Positions 33,985 to 43,704 of a DNA stretch of 64,000 nucleotides are shown one piece after another. Under the pieces are notes generated by a model. That model was given only the letters and a program-made list of their open reading frames with translations, did no database searches and was not told where the DNA came from. Source of the DNA: Alphaproteobacteria bacterium. Its GTDB lineage: Bacteria; Pseudomonadota; Alphaproteobacteria; JBKEAR01. The stretch's first letter is position 1. Each line of letters begins with the position of its first letter. The DNA lies in the NCBI GenBank assembly GCA_047972425.1, contig JBKEAR010000019.1, forward strand, positions 1,298 through 65,297. The letters run 5' to 3'. Position numbers and translations under genes: made by a program.

Positions 33985-34105
33985 GTTACCTCTTTGAAAT
34001 TTATAGTAAAAGTAATTTTTGTTTCGATAATATTAAAATAGGCTTTATACGTAGTTTTGTCTTGCCTAATACTCTAAAATAGTTACCTATTCGGCCAAAA
34101 ATGCA

Positions 34106-34747
34106 CTAGCTTTCATCGAGCAATGCCATATACTCTGCCCTTGGGATCTCACGGCCGCCAAATTGGGCAATAACCGATGTTGTCATTTGGGTGTCTACCC
34201 ATGTAAGCCCCTGTTTCTTGAGATGTTTAATCATCTCTACCAAAGCCAATTTCGATGCATTGCTGCGCTTCATAAACATGCTCTCACCCGAAAAATGGCC
34301 ATTAACTTGCACCCCATAGAGGCCGCCGATAAGCGCATTGCCTTCCCAAACCTCACAAGATTGCCCATAACCTTGCTCGTATAATCGGGTATAACCGCGG
34401 ATCATTGCGCGGGTAATCCATGTGCCGTCTTGCCCTGCCCGCGGGGCTTTGGCGCATTCGACCATAACCTCGGTAAATGCCTGATTAAACGTGACTTTAT
34501 AAGGATGTTTTTTATACCAGCTTTGGAAACGCCGGGGCAAATGAAGCTCCTTAAAGAACAGCACACCGCGCATGGGCGGGGCAAACCATAATAGGGGTTC
34601 GCCTTCGCCAATCGGCCAAGGGAAGATGCCATTTGCATAAGCATCGAGCAAGAGATCGGTCTCAAAATAACCACCCATGGCTAATACGCCATCGCTATCG
34701 GCCTCATTGACATCGGGGAAGTATAAACTCATGCGGTTTTTGTCCAT
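34106..34747 (-). CDS. aat: leucyl/phenylalanyl-tRNA--protein transferase
   Basis: 213 aa; similarity to E. coli Aat (GIFPWP, LWFAP). Confidence 0.85.
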   Translation of the reverse strand: MDKNRMSLYFPDVNEADSDGVLAMGGYFETDLLLDAYANGIFPWPIGEGEPLLWFAPPMRGVLFFKELHLPRRFQSWYKKHPYKVTFNQAFTEVMVECAKAPRAGQDGTWITRAMIRGYTRLYEQGYGQSCEVWEGNALIGGLYGVQVNGHFSGESMFMKRSNASKLALVEMIKHLKKQGLTWVDTQMTTSVIAQFGGREIPRAEYMALLDES

Positions 34748-34905
34748 TTATATCCATTAATAAACATGTTTATTCTGATTATACGCCATCTATTTTGATT
34801 AAAAAACCGATATTTTATGATTATATTTATGGTTTGATAGGCCGCTTAAAAGGGTGAATAGGGCAAATATCGGATATAAATGGATATATTTGGCAGCGAT
34901 TTACC

Positions 34906-34936
34906 CTTGACGAAACAATGGGTGCCGACCTATCTT
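34906..34936 (+). promoter_or_regulatory. alphaproteobacterial RpoH (sigma32)-type promoter CTTGAC-N17-CCTATCTT upstream of hsp20
   Basis: Matches the alpha-proteobacterial sigma32 consensus CTTG-N17/18-CYTATNT; located about 30 nt upstream of the hsp20 ATG. Confidence 0.45.
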
Positions 34937-34966
34937 AAATGCATAAAAATATAATGGGATAATAAA

Positions 34967-35377
34967 ATGACACGCGCACCATTTAATAACTCGCTGATGT
35001 TAGGCTTTGAGCATATGGAAAGACTGTTGGACAGAGCTAATCGGAGCTCCGATGGCTATCCGCCTTATAATATTGAGCATTTATCCCAAGATAAATTCCG
35101 TATCACCATTGCGGTTGCCGGCTTTACCATGGATAACCTTAATGTGAATATCGAGGATAATCAGTTGGTTATCAAAGGCCAACAGGTCGATGACGGCTTA
35201 GAGCGTGTATATATTCACCGGGGCATTGCAGCGCGCCAATTCCAAAAGGCCTTTGTTTTGGCCGAGGGTGTAGAGGTGGAGCGCGCTTGGTTAGAAAACG
35301 GTTTGCTTAATATCGATCTCACCCATATCCGCCCCGAGCCAACCATTCGTAAAATTAATATTGAATTTACAGATTAA
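34967..35377 (+). CDS. Hsp20/alpha-crystallin family small heat-shock protein (IbpA-like)
   Basis: 136 aa; alpha-crystallin domain. Confidence 0.85.
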   Translation: MTRAPFNNSLMLGFEHMERLLDRANRSSDGYPPYNIEHLSQDKFRITIAVAGFTMDNLNVNIEDNQLVIKGQQVDDGLERVYIHRGIAARQFQKAFVLAEGVEVERAWLENGLLNIDLTHIRPEPTIRKINIEFTD

Positions 35378-35490
35378 TTATTATATTTCGGTATTTTATG
35401 ATTTGTATCAAATTTTCTTGAATATCTTATTAATCAAAAACTAAATACCATATACATATTAAGAAACAACTTTAAGGAAAGTTTTTTAAT

Positions 35491-35751
35491 ATGGTCCGCC
35501 CTTCTGAATGCGCAACCCCTTGGAAAGACATGGCAACCGAGCTTGCCAATGCGGGTAATTTAAGCCATAACGACTTTGCAGCACTTGGCATGGCGAAAAT
35601 TGTTTATTTAAAATTAGTCGGCACGCCAGATGCACCCTATGATTTCCAAATATTTTCGGCCAATGGGCAAATGATGTATGAAACCAAAGATATTGATTTA
35701 CTGCTCGATTGGATGTTGGTTCAAGATGTTATACCGGTAGCGTTGCATTAA
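35491..35751 (+). CDS. small conserved hypothetical protein (DUF1150-like) often paired with hsp20 in alphaproteobacteria
   Basis: 86 aa; family assignment is from memory only. Confidence 0.45.
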   Translation: MVRPSECATPWKDMATELANAGNLSHNDFAALGMAKIVYLKLVGTPDAPYDFQIFSANGQMMYETKDIDLLLDWMLVQDVIPVALH

Positions 35752-35867
35752 TTATCCCCTATTGGGGGTGGTGTAAATATTGTTAAACCCTAATGAAAGC
35801 TAAGGCTTTATCATCACAAATTCTTATGCTATATTGAATAAAATTTATCAAATATTAGGGGAATAAA

Positions 35868-36518
35868 ATGAAGCGTTACGCAGAATTTAGAAATTTAATC
35901 GAGGTTGATCATCCACTCATTGCCGACCGTTTAACCCGCCTACGGGAAGAAAAAACGGGCACGGCATCTTTTCGCAATATCTTATCGCATATCTCGCTAT
36001 TATTAAGCTATGCGGTAACATCGGAGCTTAAGCCTTCTACCCGCAAAATCCAAACCCCCATTTGCGAAATGGAAGCCCCTTGTTTGGGCGAGCCAATGCC
36101 CTCGATTATTCCGGTATTGCGTGCCGGTTTGGGGTTCTCTGATAGTTTAATGCAGCTCATGCCCGAGGCCTCGGTGGGGCATATTGGTGTTATGCGGAAT
36201 GAGACAACCCATCGCCCCGAGGAATATTTGGTGCGCCTACCTAAAGATATCGGGCAACGTTATATTTTGACCGACCCCATGTTGGCCACCGGCTATTCGG
36301 CTGCCCATGCCATTGATGTGTTGAATGAAAACGGCATTGAAGATGAGCGGATTATTATGATGTCGCTCGTTGCTGCGCCCGAAGGGGTTAAGGTAATGCA
36401 AGATAAACACCCGAAAGTGCTTATTTATACCGCCGCACTCGATGACCATTTAAACGAAAACGCCTATATTGTGCCCGGCCTTGGCGATGCGGGTGATCGT
36501 TTATTCGGTACGGTTTAA
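35868..36518 (+). CDS. upp: uracil phosphoribosyltransferase
   Basis: 216 aa; aligns with E. coli Upp (ILRAGLG, DPMLATG, YIVPGLGDAGDRLFGT). Confidence 0.9.
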   Translation: MKRYAEFRNLIEVDHPLIADRLTRLREEKTGTASFRNILSHISLLLSYAVTSELKPSTRKIQTPICEMEAPCLGEPMPSIIPVLRAGLGFSDSLMQLMPEASVGHIGVMRNETTHRPEEYLVRLPKDIGQRYILTDPMLATGYSAAHAIDVLNENGIEDERIIMMSLVAAPEGVKVMQDKHPKVLIYTAALDDHLNENAYIVPGLGDAGDRLFGTV

Positions 36519-36673
36519 CCTGCTACAAACGCGTTTATTATAGCCAAAATATAGGCTTATCATCTTGAAAAAGGGAGCATTTCGCTGCCTTTTTTATATT
36601 GTATAAACAATTGACGCAATATGACACCTATGATTTATTAAACCTTAGGTTATGTTGATAAAGGAGAAAGAAA

Positions 36674-38218
36674 ATGCGGATAGAAGGTGGATTATTATTG
36701 GCAACCATGCTTATGGCTTTGTCGGCAGGGGCAGATGAATGTGCCGATTTAAGCCAAACACAGCTCCCCAATGTGCAAATAAATGCAGCCAGTTTACAAG
36801 CCGAGCAAATTTTACAGCCCGATGCCAATAGCGGGCTTACAGGCAGCGGCGTTACAGAAAACACCATTGGCGCCCATTGTTTAGTTGAGGGCAAAATAGA
36901 AGATCGCCAAGGGGTGAATGGTCAATATGGTATTCGCTTTCAGCTCCGTTTACCCACCACATGGAATGGCCGATTAATGTTCCAAGGGGGTGGCGGTATG
37001 GACGGCTTTATTGCGCCGGCTATTGGTGCAGTCCCTAGTAATGGTTCATCGGCTGTGCCATCGTTAAGCCGGGGTTATGCGGTGGTGAGTATGGACGGCG
37101 GCCATGATGGGCACGATGCCGAATTTGCCTATGACCAACAAGCAAGGCTCGATTTAGCCTATGCCTCCATTGGCAAAGTAACCCATGTGGCCAAAGCCTT
37201 AATTGATAGTTATTATGACCAAGCTTTAGAACATTCCTTTTTTATGGGTTGTTCCAATGGTGGGCGTGAAGCCATGATGGCGGCACAGCGTTTTCCGTTA
37301 GAGTTTGATGGCATTGTGGCCGGTAACCCGGGGTTTCATTTATCGGCAGCCGCTATTGCCCAAGCTTGGGATGTTAAGCAATTGATGGGCATTGCACCTA
37401 ATGGTGTATTGTCGCAAGCGTTAACCCAAGCGGATTTAGATGCGGTATCCCAAGAAATTTTAAAGGCTTGCGATGCCAATGATGGCATAACAGATGGTAT
37501 TGTGGCCACCCCAAGCCAATGTAATATCACTTTAGATGATATGCCAAATATCTTAACAGAAGAAAAAATGGCGGCATTAAAAGCCGTTATGGCCGGGCCC
37601 CATAATAGCCTAGGTAATGCTTTATATAGCGATTGGCCGTTGGACCCAGCTATCAATACAGCCGGTTGGCGGTTATGGAAATTGGGATTTTCCGAAACAG
37701 AACAACCCGATGCTTTAAATGTATTGATTGGTCGGGAGTCTTTACCCAAATTATTTATAACGCCCCCCCTTGCCGAATTGCCGCAAAATATCAACTTCGA
37801 TACCATTTCGGCACAGGTTGCCGAGATTGGTGCATTAAATGATGCCACATCCACTTATCTTTCCACTTTTGCTTATAATGGTGGGAAAATGGTGATTTTC
37901 CATGGCATGGCCGACCCTGTATTTTCGGCCAATGATATTACCAAATGGTACGAAAAAGCGACCAGCAATACAAAAGATGATTTTGCGCAATTATATTTAG
38001 TACCCGGCCTTACCCATTGCGGTGGTGGCCAAGCTTTTGATGACTTTGACCCGCTGACTATTTTAGAAAATTGGGTGATTAACGGAGAAAAAGTCACACA
38101 AATGCCGGCAAAAAGTACGGTATTTAAGGGTAAATCCATGCCCATATGTGCTTACCCGCAAGAGGCCTATTATACAGGCGATGACCCCAATGATATAGCC
38201 AGTTATAGCTGTAAATAA
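36674..38218 (+). CDS. tannase/feruloyl-esterase family secreted alpha/beta-hydrolase
   Basis: 514 aa with signal peptide; GCSNGG nucleophile motif typical of the tannase/feruloyl esterase family. Confidence 0.75.
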   Translation: MRIEGGLLLATMLMALSAGADECADLSQTQLPNVQINAASLQAEQILQPDANSGLTGSGVTENTIGAHCLVEGKIEDRQGVNGQYGIRFQLRLPTTWNGRLMFQGGGGMDGFIAPAIGAVPSNGSSAVPSLSRGYAVVSMDGGHDGHDAEFAYDQQARLDLAYASIGKVTHVAKALIDSYYDQALEHSFFMGCSNGGREAMMAAQRFPLEFDGIVAGNPGFHLSAAAIAQAWDVKQLMGIAPNGVLSQALTQADLDAVSQEILKACDANDGITDGIVATPSQCNITLDDMPNILTEEKMAALKAVMAGPHNSLGNALYSDWPLDPAINTAGWRLWKLGFSETEQPDALNVLIGRESLPKLFITPPLAELPQNINFDTISAQVAEIGALNDATSTYLSTFAYNGGKMVIFHGMADPVFSANDITKWYEKATSNTKDDFAQLYLVPGLTHCGGGQAFDDFDPLTILENWVINGEKVTQMPAKSTVFKGKSMPICAYPQEAYYTGDDPNDIASYSCK

Positions 38219-38221
38219 AAA

Positions 38222-38244
38222 GAAGCCTTCGGGCTTCTTTTTTT
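38222..38244 (+). terminator. rho-independent terminator after the tannase-like gene
   Basis: gaagcc-ttcg-ggcttc followed by a T7 run. Confidence 0.7.
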
Positions 38245-38280
38245 GACACAATTCCATACCATCATATAGGCAAATATGAT

Positions 38281-38640
38281 TTATAGTGTAACCAATCAAA
38301 TTTGGTTACACTATAAAGATGCAAAGCAGCTTTCATTTGCAAAGCAAATGGAGGGGGTGTTAAGGGGCACAGCCCCTTACAAAAAAACTTGCAGATATAA
38401 AATGATAATATTTTTATCCAAAATTCATTGGTTATAGTCTATACATAATAAAATGATTATATAAACATCAGTAATAATTTGATGCTAAGGGGTTTGCAAC
38501 CCGTAAAGCCGAAGGCTTTCTAAAAAAAGATAACTTGTCTCCGACAAGATATAATTCCCGCACACAGCTACGCTGTGGGCAACCTCAAAGCATTAGGTAA
38601 TACTAAAATTTATTATCATTTTAAGTAGTATTACCTATAG
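38281..38640. repeat. composite hairpin-rich dispersed repeat, copy 2 (P-X'-E2-insert-E3)
   Basis: Direct copies of E2 and E3 from 9061-9219; the X segment is inverted relative to copy 1; carries an extra cttgtctccgacaag palindrome (38534-38548). Confidence 0.7.
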
Positions 38641-38683
38641 GCTATAACAGACAAATTATTGATATAATAATTGGGAGCAGGAA

Positions 38684-39239
38684 ATGAAAAAATTTCTATG
38701 GTTAGCTTTTATATTCGCTCTTGCCGCTGGGGCGCAAGATAATGAAACACCAAAGCAAAATGATGAAGTCATTAATTTTGAGATAACCGATAATGATGAG
38801 CTCAATGGCATGTTACAAGCCATTGCCAATGACGATTGGTTTGGGTTTCAAAAGCTGATTAATGATGGTGTGGATATAAATATTAAGGATAAAAGCGGCG
38901 CAACAGCCTTATTATATGCGGTTACCTTTGGTGAAACGGATATGGTTAAGCTGCTTATTGATAAAGATGCCGATGTTAATGTGCAAACCGTTGAGCGTAA
39001 ACTCACGCCCATTATGCTCGCGGCTATGAATGGCAATATAGATATTATTAAGCTTTTATTGGCCAAAGATGCCACACTCGATGCCCAAAGCCCTTACAGC
39101 GGTAATGCAACAGGGTAATTTAGAATTTGCTGATATATTATTAAATGCCGAAAATAACGATGGTTATACGGCTGCCGAGTTTGCCACCCAATTTAATCAG
39201 GCTGAGCTTGCAAAATATCTACAATCGCTGTTAAAGTAA
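38684..39239 (+). CDS. secreted ankyrin-repeat protein, interrupted by an apparent +1 frameshift near 39086-39110
   Basis: The track ORF 38684..39118 (signal peptide plus ANK repeats) ends at TAA 39116. The +1 frame continues ankyrin-consensus sequence (ALTAVMQQGNLEFADILLNAENNDGYTAAEFATQFNQAELAKYLQSLLK) to TAA 39237-39239. Confidence 0.55.
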
Positions 39240-39279
39240 AAACAACCCGTAAATCTTGTGCCAAAAGAGGAATATAATA

Positions 39280-40413
39280 ATGACGATGATACAACGCTTT
39301 TTGATGATTATTATGGGCTTTTTTAGTTTATTTGCTCATGCCAATGATGGTGCATTTTATGCATCAGGTAACCATTTAATTCCTATTCAGGAAAATAATA
39401 TTGCTTTAAAAAAAGAAGTACTCACTTTAGATTGGCAAGCAGGTGGTATTTTGGTGAGGGTGGAATATATATTAGATAACCCTGATACTGCACGCAATTT
39501 GCTAGTGGGGTTTGAAGCAAAATCTCCCGAAGGAGATGCTGATATAGAGCCCAAAAAAACAGGTAATCCTTATATTACCAATTTTTCGGTGGTCATGAAT
39601 GGAGAGATGCTTGATCATCAGGTTGCTATTATTGAAAGTAGCGATGATTTGCGAGAATATTATAAAAATAACCCAATAAAACCTGTAGACCTTAAAGAGA
39701 TTGAAGAAGCTTGGGCGGGTAGAATGGAAGATTTTAGATGGGCAGGTAAATATGTATATTATTTTGAAGCCCCTTTTAAAAAAGGCCGTAATAGCATTAT
39801 TCATGAATATTTTTTCGAAAATAGTGCCTCTATAGGTGTACCGTTTGATATGCATTATATATTAACCGCAGCCAACCGGTGGGCAGGGGAAGAAATTGGC
39901 GATTTTATGCTGATTATTAGCGGGGTAGAAAATAAAGTATTTTATATGACACAAAGCTTTTTTGAAAGCCCCGATGAGTGGGAGATGAAAGGTGAAACCA
40001 AAATATTACCCTCGCTTTTAAGTGATGAAGGCAAAATGGTACGTTTTAAACCCGAGAGTAATGAAATACGCTTTCATAAAAATAATTTTACACCCCAAGG
40101 GGAGCTTGAGATATTTGTATTTGATAAACGTTATTTTAGAGAGCCTTTTGATTATCGGGAACATCGGTTAGATAGCTTTATCCATAGCGAATATCCCTTA
40201 ATTTTTAATAGGGCCTATGACGAAGAATCTCATCGGATTTTGCGTAATTTACCCTTTGCAGCCCGCGGATACACATTTAAAACCCATTATATTCAGCATT
40301 ATTACGATGGCATGGATTGGTACAAGCCCAACCCCGATTATGTGATCAATCTTAATGAGCTCACCCCCGAAGAAAAACAATGGCTTGATATGATTAACGC
40401 GCAAAAACAGTAA
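39280..40413 (+). CDS. secreted protein with DUF4424-like body and C-terminal YARHP domain
   Basis: Start at MTMIQRFLMIIMGFFSLFAHA (SD aagagga). C-terminus RNLPFAARGYTFK...WYKPN fits the YARHP motif; the DUF4424 call is by recall only. Confidence 0.55.
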   Translation: MTMIQRFLMIIMGFFSLFAHANDGAFYASGNHLIPIQENNIALKKEVLTLDWQAGGILVRVEYILDNPDTARNLLVGFEAKSPEGDADIEPKKTGNPYITNFSVVMNGEMLDHQVAIIESSDDLREYYKNNPIKPVDLKEIEEAWAGRMEDFRWAGKYVYYFEAPFKKGRNSIIHEYFFENSASIGVPFDMHYILTAANRWAGEEIGDFMLIISGVENKVFYMTQSFFESPDEWEMKGETKILPSLLSDEGKMVRFKPESNEIRFHKNNFTPQGELEIFVFDKRYFREPFDYREHRLDSFIHSEYPLIFNRAYDEESHRILRNLPFAARGYTFKTHYIQHYYDGMDWYKPNPDYVINLNELTPEEKQWLDMINAQKQ

Positions 40414-40915
40414 TAAGATATTTGTTCTTGTTTTGTTCTTTACAAAATAGGTTTTTTATCGTATAATTTTAACAGAATGAAAAATTGTGATGCGGCCTTG
40501 TATAAATAGACTCCGGCTCAAGGCTAAAGTGGCGGCAAGAGTTGTATACCCAACTCTACATTCGTCATGCTCAACTTGATTAAGCATCTTTTAAAACTAG
40601 ATTCGGTCAAGCCGGCAATGACAGCTATAATGATAAGAAACAAAGTCTATACTTTCTGTATTTTATAGGTCACTCCTGCATAAGCAGGAGTCTTGTCGTC
40701 AATATGAGCTTAGCGGTTATGAAATATTTAAAGCTTCCTGCTTTCGCAGGGTTTTGCCGAAGGCGAACTCAATATACAAATTTCTGCTTATCCAAAATAA
40801 CGGCTTAAAACTAAACATATGGAGCATATGTTACAAAAGCTTACCTTTTGTAACATAAATTCTATAGACAATTATTGTAACTAATATAAAATTAAAAGAA
40901 TAATAACAGGAGATT

Positions 40916-42211
40916 ATGATGAAAAAAAACCTCTATGCAACGGTAATTCTGGCAACCCTTATGCAAACCCCGATTATAGCGAATGCCGCCGGACCTTTAG
41001 TAAACTCAACAGTTTTTTATACCGATGATATTGCCCATGTAACAGCGGTTACCAAAGTGTTTGGCAATAGCCAAAAAATTACCGAAGCTATTGTGGAATT
41101 TAACGAGCCGATTTTGGCATCTTCGGTTACGGCCGATAGCTTTAGCGTGAATGAGCGGAATATAAGCAATGTTTATGTATCGGATTCTGTGGCAACCGAT
41201 GCCGAGCCAAAAGATGGCCAATATGTTCATATCATGCTAAACCCCGCCGATGAAGCTGCCATTGTTTTTGCTGCCCAAGTGGATATTGCTGCCCAAATAG
41301 TGGTTACACAAAATCAACCAGTACAGGCTGTAAGCGGGCAAAAGGTTGCCGCCCCCGAAAAACCCTTAATCAATACACGCCAAACCAATTTGTTGGTCGA
41401 TGACTTTCTAACCATGCGTTTTAAAGACCCCGAAACCGGCTTACTTTTGGATTATAATTTATATATCCCTAAAAATCTTGACCCCGGTGCAAAATATCCG
41501 CTTGTATTATTTATGCATGATGCGGGCGTTACTGGCACAAATCCACGGCGTAGTTTGCAGCAAGGTCTAGGGGCGGTCGCTTTTGCGAGTGCGGGGGATC
41601 AAGCCAAACATCCGTCCTTTGTTCTAGCCCCGCAATATCCGGTGGCGATTGCCAATGATGTTTCGCAAAATTCCGAATATCCCGATATAACCGTGCGTTT
41701 AATTGAACAGCTTACCCAAGATTATGCCATTGATACCAACCGTATTTATACCACAGGGCAATCGGGTGGCTGTATGACATCCATTGCGTTAAATATTAAA
41801 TATCCTGATTTATTTGCCGCCTCATTACTTGTGGCTGGCCAATGGGATGCAAGCCAAACAGCGCCCCTTGCCCAAGATAATCTATGGGTGATTGTATCGG
41901 AAGACGATGCCAAAGCCTACCCCGGCATGCAAGCGATTATGGAAGTTTTGGCCGAAAACGGTGCTAAAATTACCGAAGATAGTTACGATGCCAAATGGTC
42001 GGCGGCCGAGTTTGAAAAAGCGATTGCGGCAACCCAAGCCAAAGATGCCGATAATAATGTGTATTTCACCCATTTTACCGCGGGTTCGGTTTTAGATGAA
42101 GGACAAGAGGTCAACCCGGGTAGCGGCCATGTGAATACATGGGCTTATGCTTATAATATTGCCCCATTGCGCGATTGGTTATTTACACAATTGAAGGATA
42201 AAGCCGAATAG
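40916..42211 (+). CDS. secreted alpha/beta-hydrolase esterase (PHB-depolymerase/CE1-like, GQSGG nucleophile)
   Basis: 431 aa with signal peptide; YPLVLFMHDAG...GQSGG motifs. Confidence 0.7.
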   Translation: MMKKNLYATVILATLMQTPIIANAAGPLVNSTVFYTDDIAHVTAVTKVFGNSQKITEAIVEFNEPILASSVTADSFSVNERNISNVYVSDSVATDAEPKDGQYVHIMLNPADEAAIVFAAQVDIAAQIVVTQNQPVQAVSGQKVAAPEKPLINTRQTNLLVDDFLTMRFKDPETGLLLDYNLYIPKNLDPGAKYPLVLFMHDAGVTGTNPRRSLQQGLGAVAFASAGDQAKHPSFVLAPQYPVAIANDVSQNSEYPDITVRLIEQLTQDYAIDTNRIYTTGQSGGCMTSIALNIKYPDLFAASLLVAGQWDASQTAPLAQDNLWVIVSEDDAKAYPGMQAIMEVLAENGAKITEDSYDAKWSAAEFEKAIAATQAKDADNNVYFTHFTAGSVLDEGQEVNPGSGHVNTWAYAYNIAPLRDWLFTQLKDKAE

Positions 42212-42793
42212 CGAGCTGATTAGCAATCTGGTTCATATAAGAAATTGAAGTAAATTCCTGCTTTCGTAGGGTTTTGCCGAAGGCGAACAAAAATAGGATA
42301 ATCCCCTCCAGCGGAGGGTGTCAGGCAGAACCTGACGGGGTGGGTTGGGTATTTTAACTGATATGAATGTATTTTTGAATGAATAAAAGTAAACACACCC
42401 CGTCACTTTCAGCGATACCTCTCTAAAGAGGGGATATTCTTACTCTGCTTGTCTCCGACAAGACCCTCTAAAAAAGAGGGGATAATTGGGGAATAAAAAA
42501 CAAATTTTATAGAATGAAGCTTAGAGAAAGCAATGGCTTTCTCCTTTAGGTCAACGCGAAGCGTTGCGGAGCATAGGGGCAGAGCCCCATAAAATAGGTT
42601 ATCGGAATGACGGCTAGAGTGTAACAGAAAAAGTATTCAAAGTTTATTTCACTTAAGGCTACACCCAAATTAGTACTCAAAACAATGCTCGATGCCTCGG
42701 TATTCTTTTTGGCCTTACCCATATTTGAGCTGATAGAAGCCTTGGCCAAAAAAGGCTATTTGCATTTTTACTTTAACTTACCATAAATGAAAA

Positions 42794-42825
42794 ACCGAGC
42801 TTTAAAAACTCGGTTTTTGTTTTTA
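42794..42825. terminator. bidirectional intrinsic terminator (serves the minus-strand proW'-X' gene)
   Basis: ccgagc-tttaaaaa-ctcgg with T-runs on both strands. Confidence 0.6.
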
Positions 42826-42837
42826 ATAAAAGACTAT

Positions 42838-43704
42838 TTAGTTTTGTAGGGCTGCTTTGCGGGCTTGGTCTAACCAGCTATCCCAAATGGCTTGGTGATT
42901 AGCTACCCATTCATCGGCATGTTTGGCAATATTGCTCTCGGCACTTTCGCCATCTTCCATGCGGGTATTTTGTGCATTAATATCGCCAAGCGGTAACTCA
43001 ATAAGGCTTAAAAACTTCGCGGCTGCGGGGTTTTTCTCTAAAAATTTATTATTGGCAACCACACGAATATCTGAGACCACAAAGCCAAGGTCAACATCGG
43101 GTGTAACGCCGCTATCAATGCCTTTTACGCTCATCCATTGCTCGCTACCTTTTTGGGCATCATTGGGTTGAATGCTCGGTACATTAAGCCAATAATCAAC
43201 ATCGCCCAAGCCACCGGCTCCAATCAGTGCCGAGGTTACAACCATAGAAAGTGCCATCATAATGGTTTGGTTAAGGCCGGCAAAAATACTGGGGCGGGCT
43301 AACGGAAGTTGCACTTTAAATAAAACTTGCATGGGGTTTGCACCATAGGCACGGGCGGCAATAATCCCAAGTGGGATACCGATAATGGTACAAATAATGA
43401 CCGAGCATACAATCATAGCAAGTGAGGTCATGGAAAGTTGCCATAAACCCAATAAAGCAATAATTAAAAAGCTTAATTCGCTAAATATTGCCAATTTAAT
43501 ACCCCCACGCCAAAAAGCAATGGCCGTGATAATGGCAATCATAATCAGCGGGTTGGGGAGCATGAAAATATGAATGAGAAAATCTAAAAACGAGTTAACC
43601 GGTGTTTTAATTGCTTGGAAAACATAACGATAGTTAATCATCCAATCCATTAAATTATCAATCCATTGTTGTAATGGAATTAGGGCTTCGGAAAAGTTCC
43701 ACAT
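42838..43704 (-). pseudogene. ProW-type glycine-betaine ABC permease (N-terminal about 165 aa) fused in frame to the C-terminal half of a ProX/OpuAC substrate-binding protein; probable deletion remnant
   Basis: The permease part stops after the EAA-loop/GAGGLG region, lacking the last TM helix. The C-terminal approx 120 aa (from [10 protein letters not shown]) was judged, without an alignment, to resemble a ProX/OpuAC-type substrate-binding protein and not a permease. Confidence 0.5.

Noticed and set aside
34937-34966. ROSE-type RNA thermometer upstream of hsp20
   Set aside because: The 5' UTR is only about 30 nt and lacks the multi-hairpin ROSE architecture.
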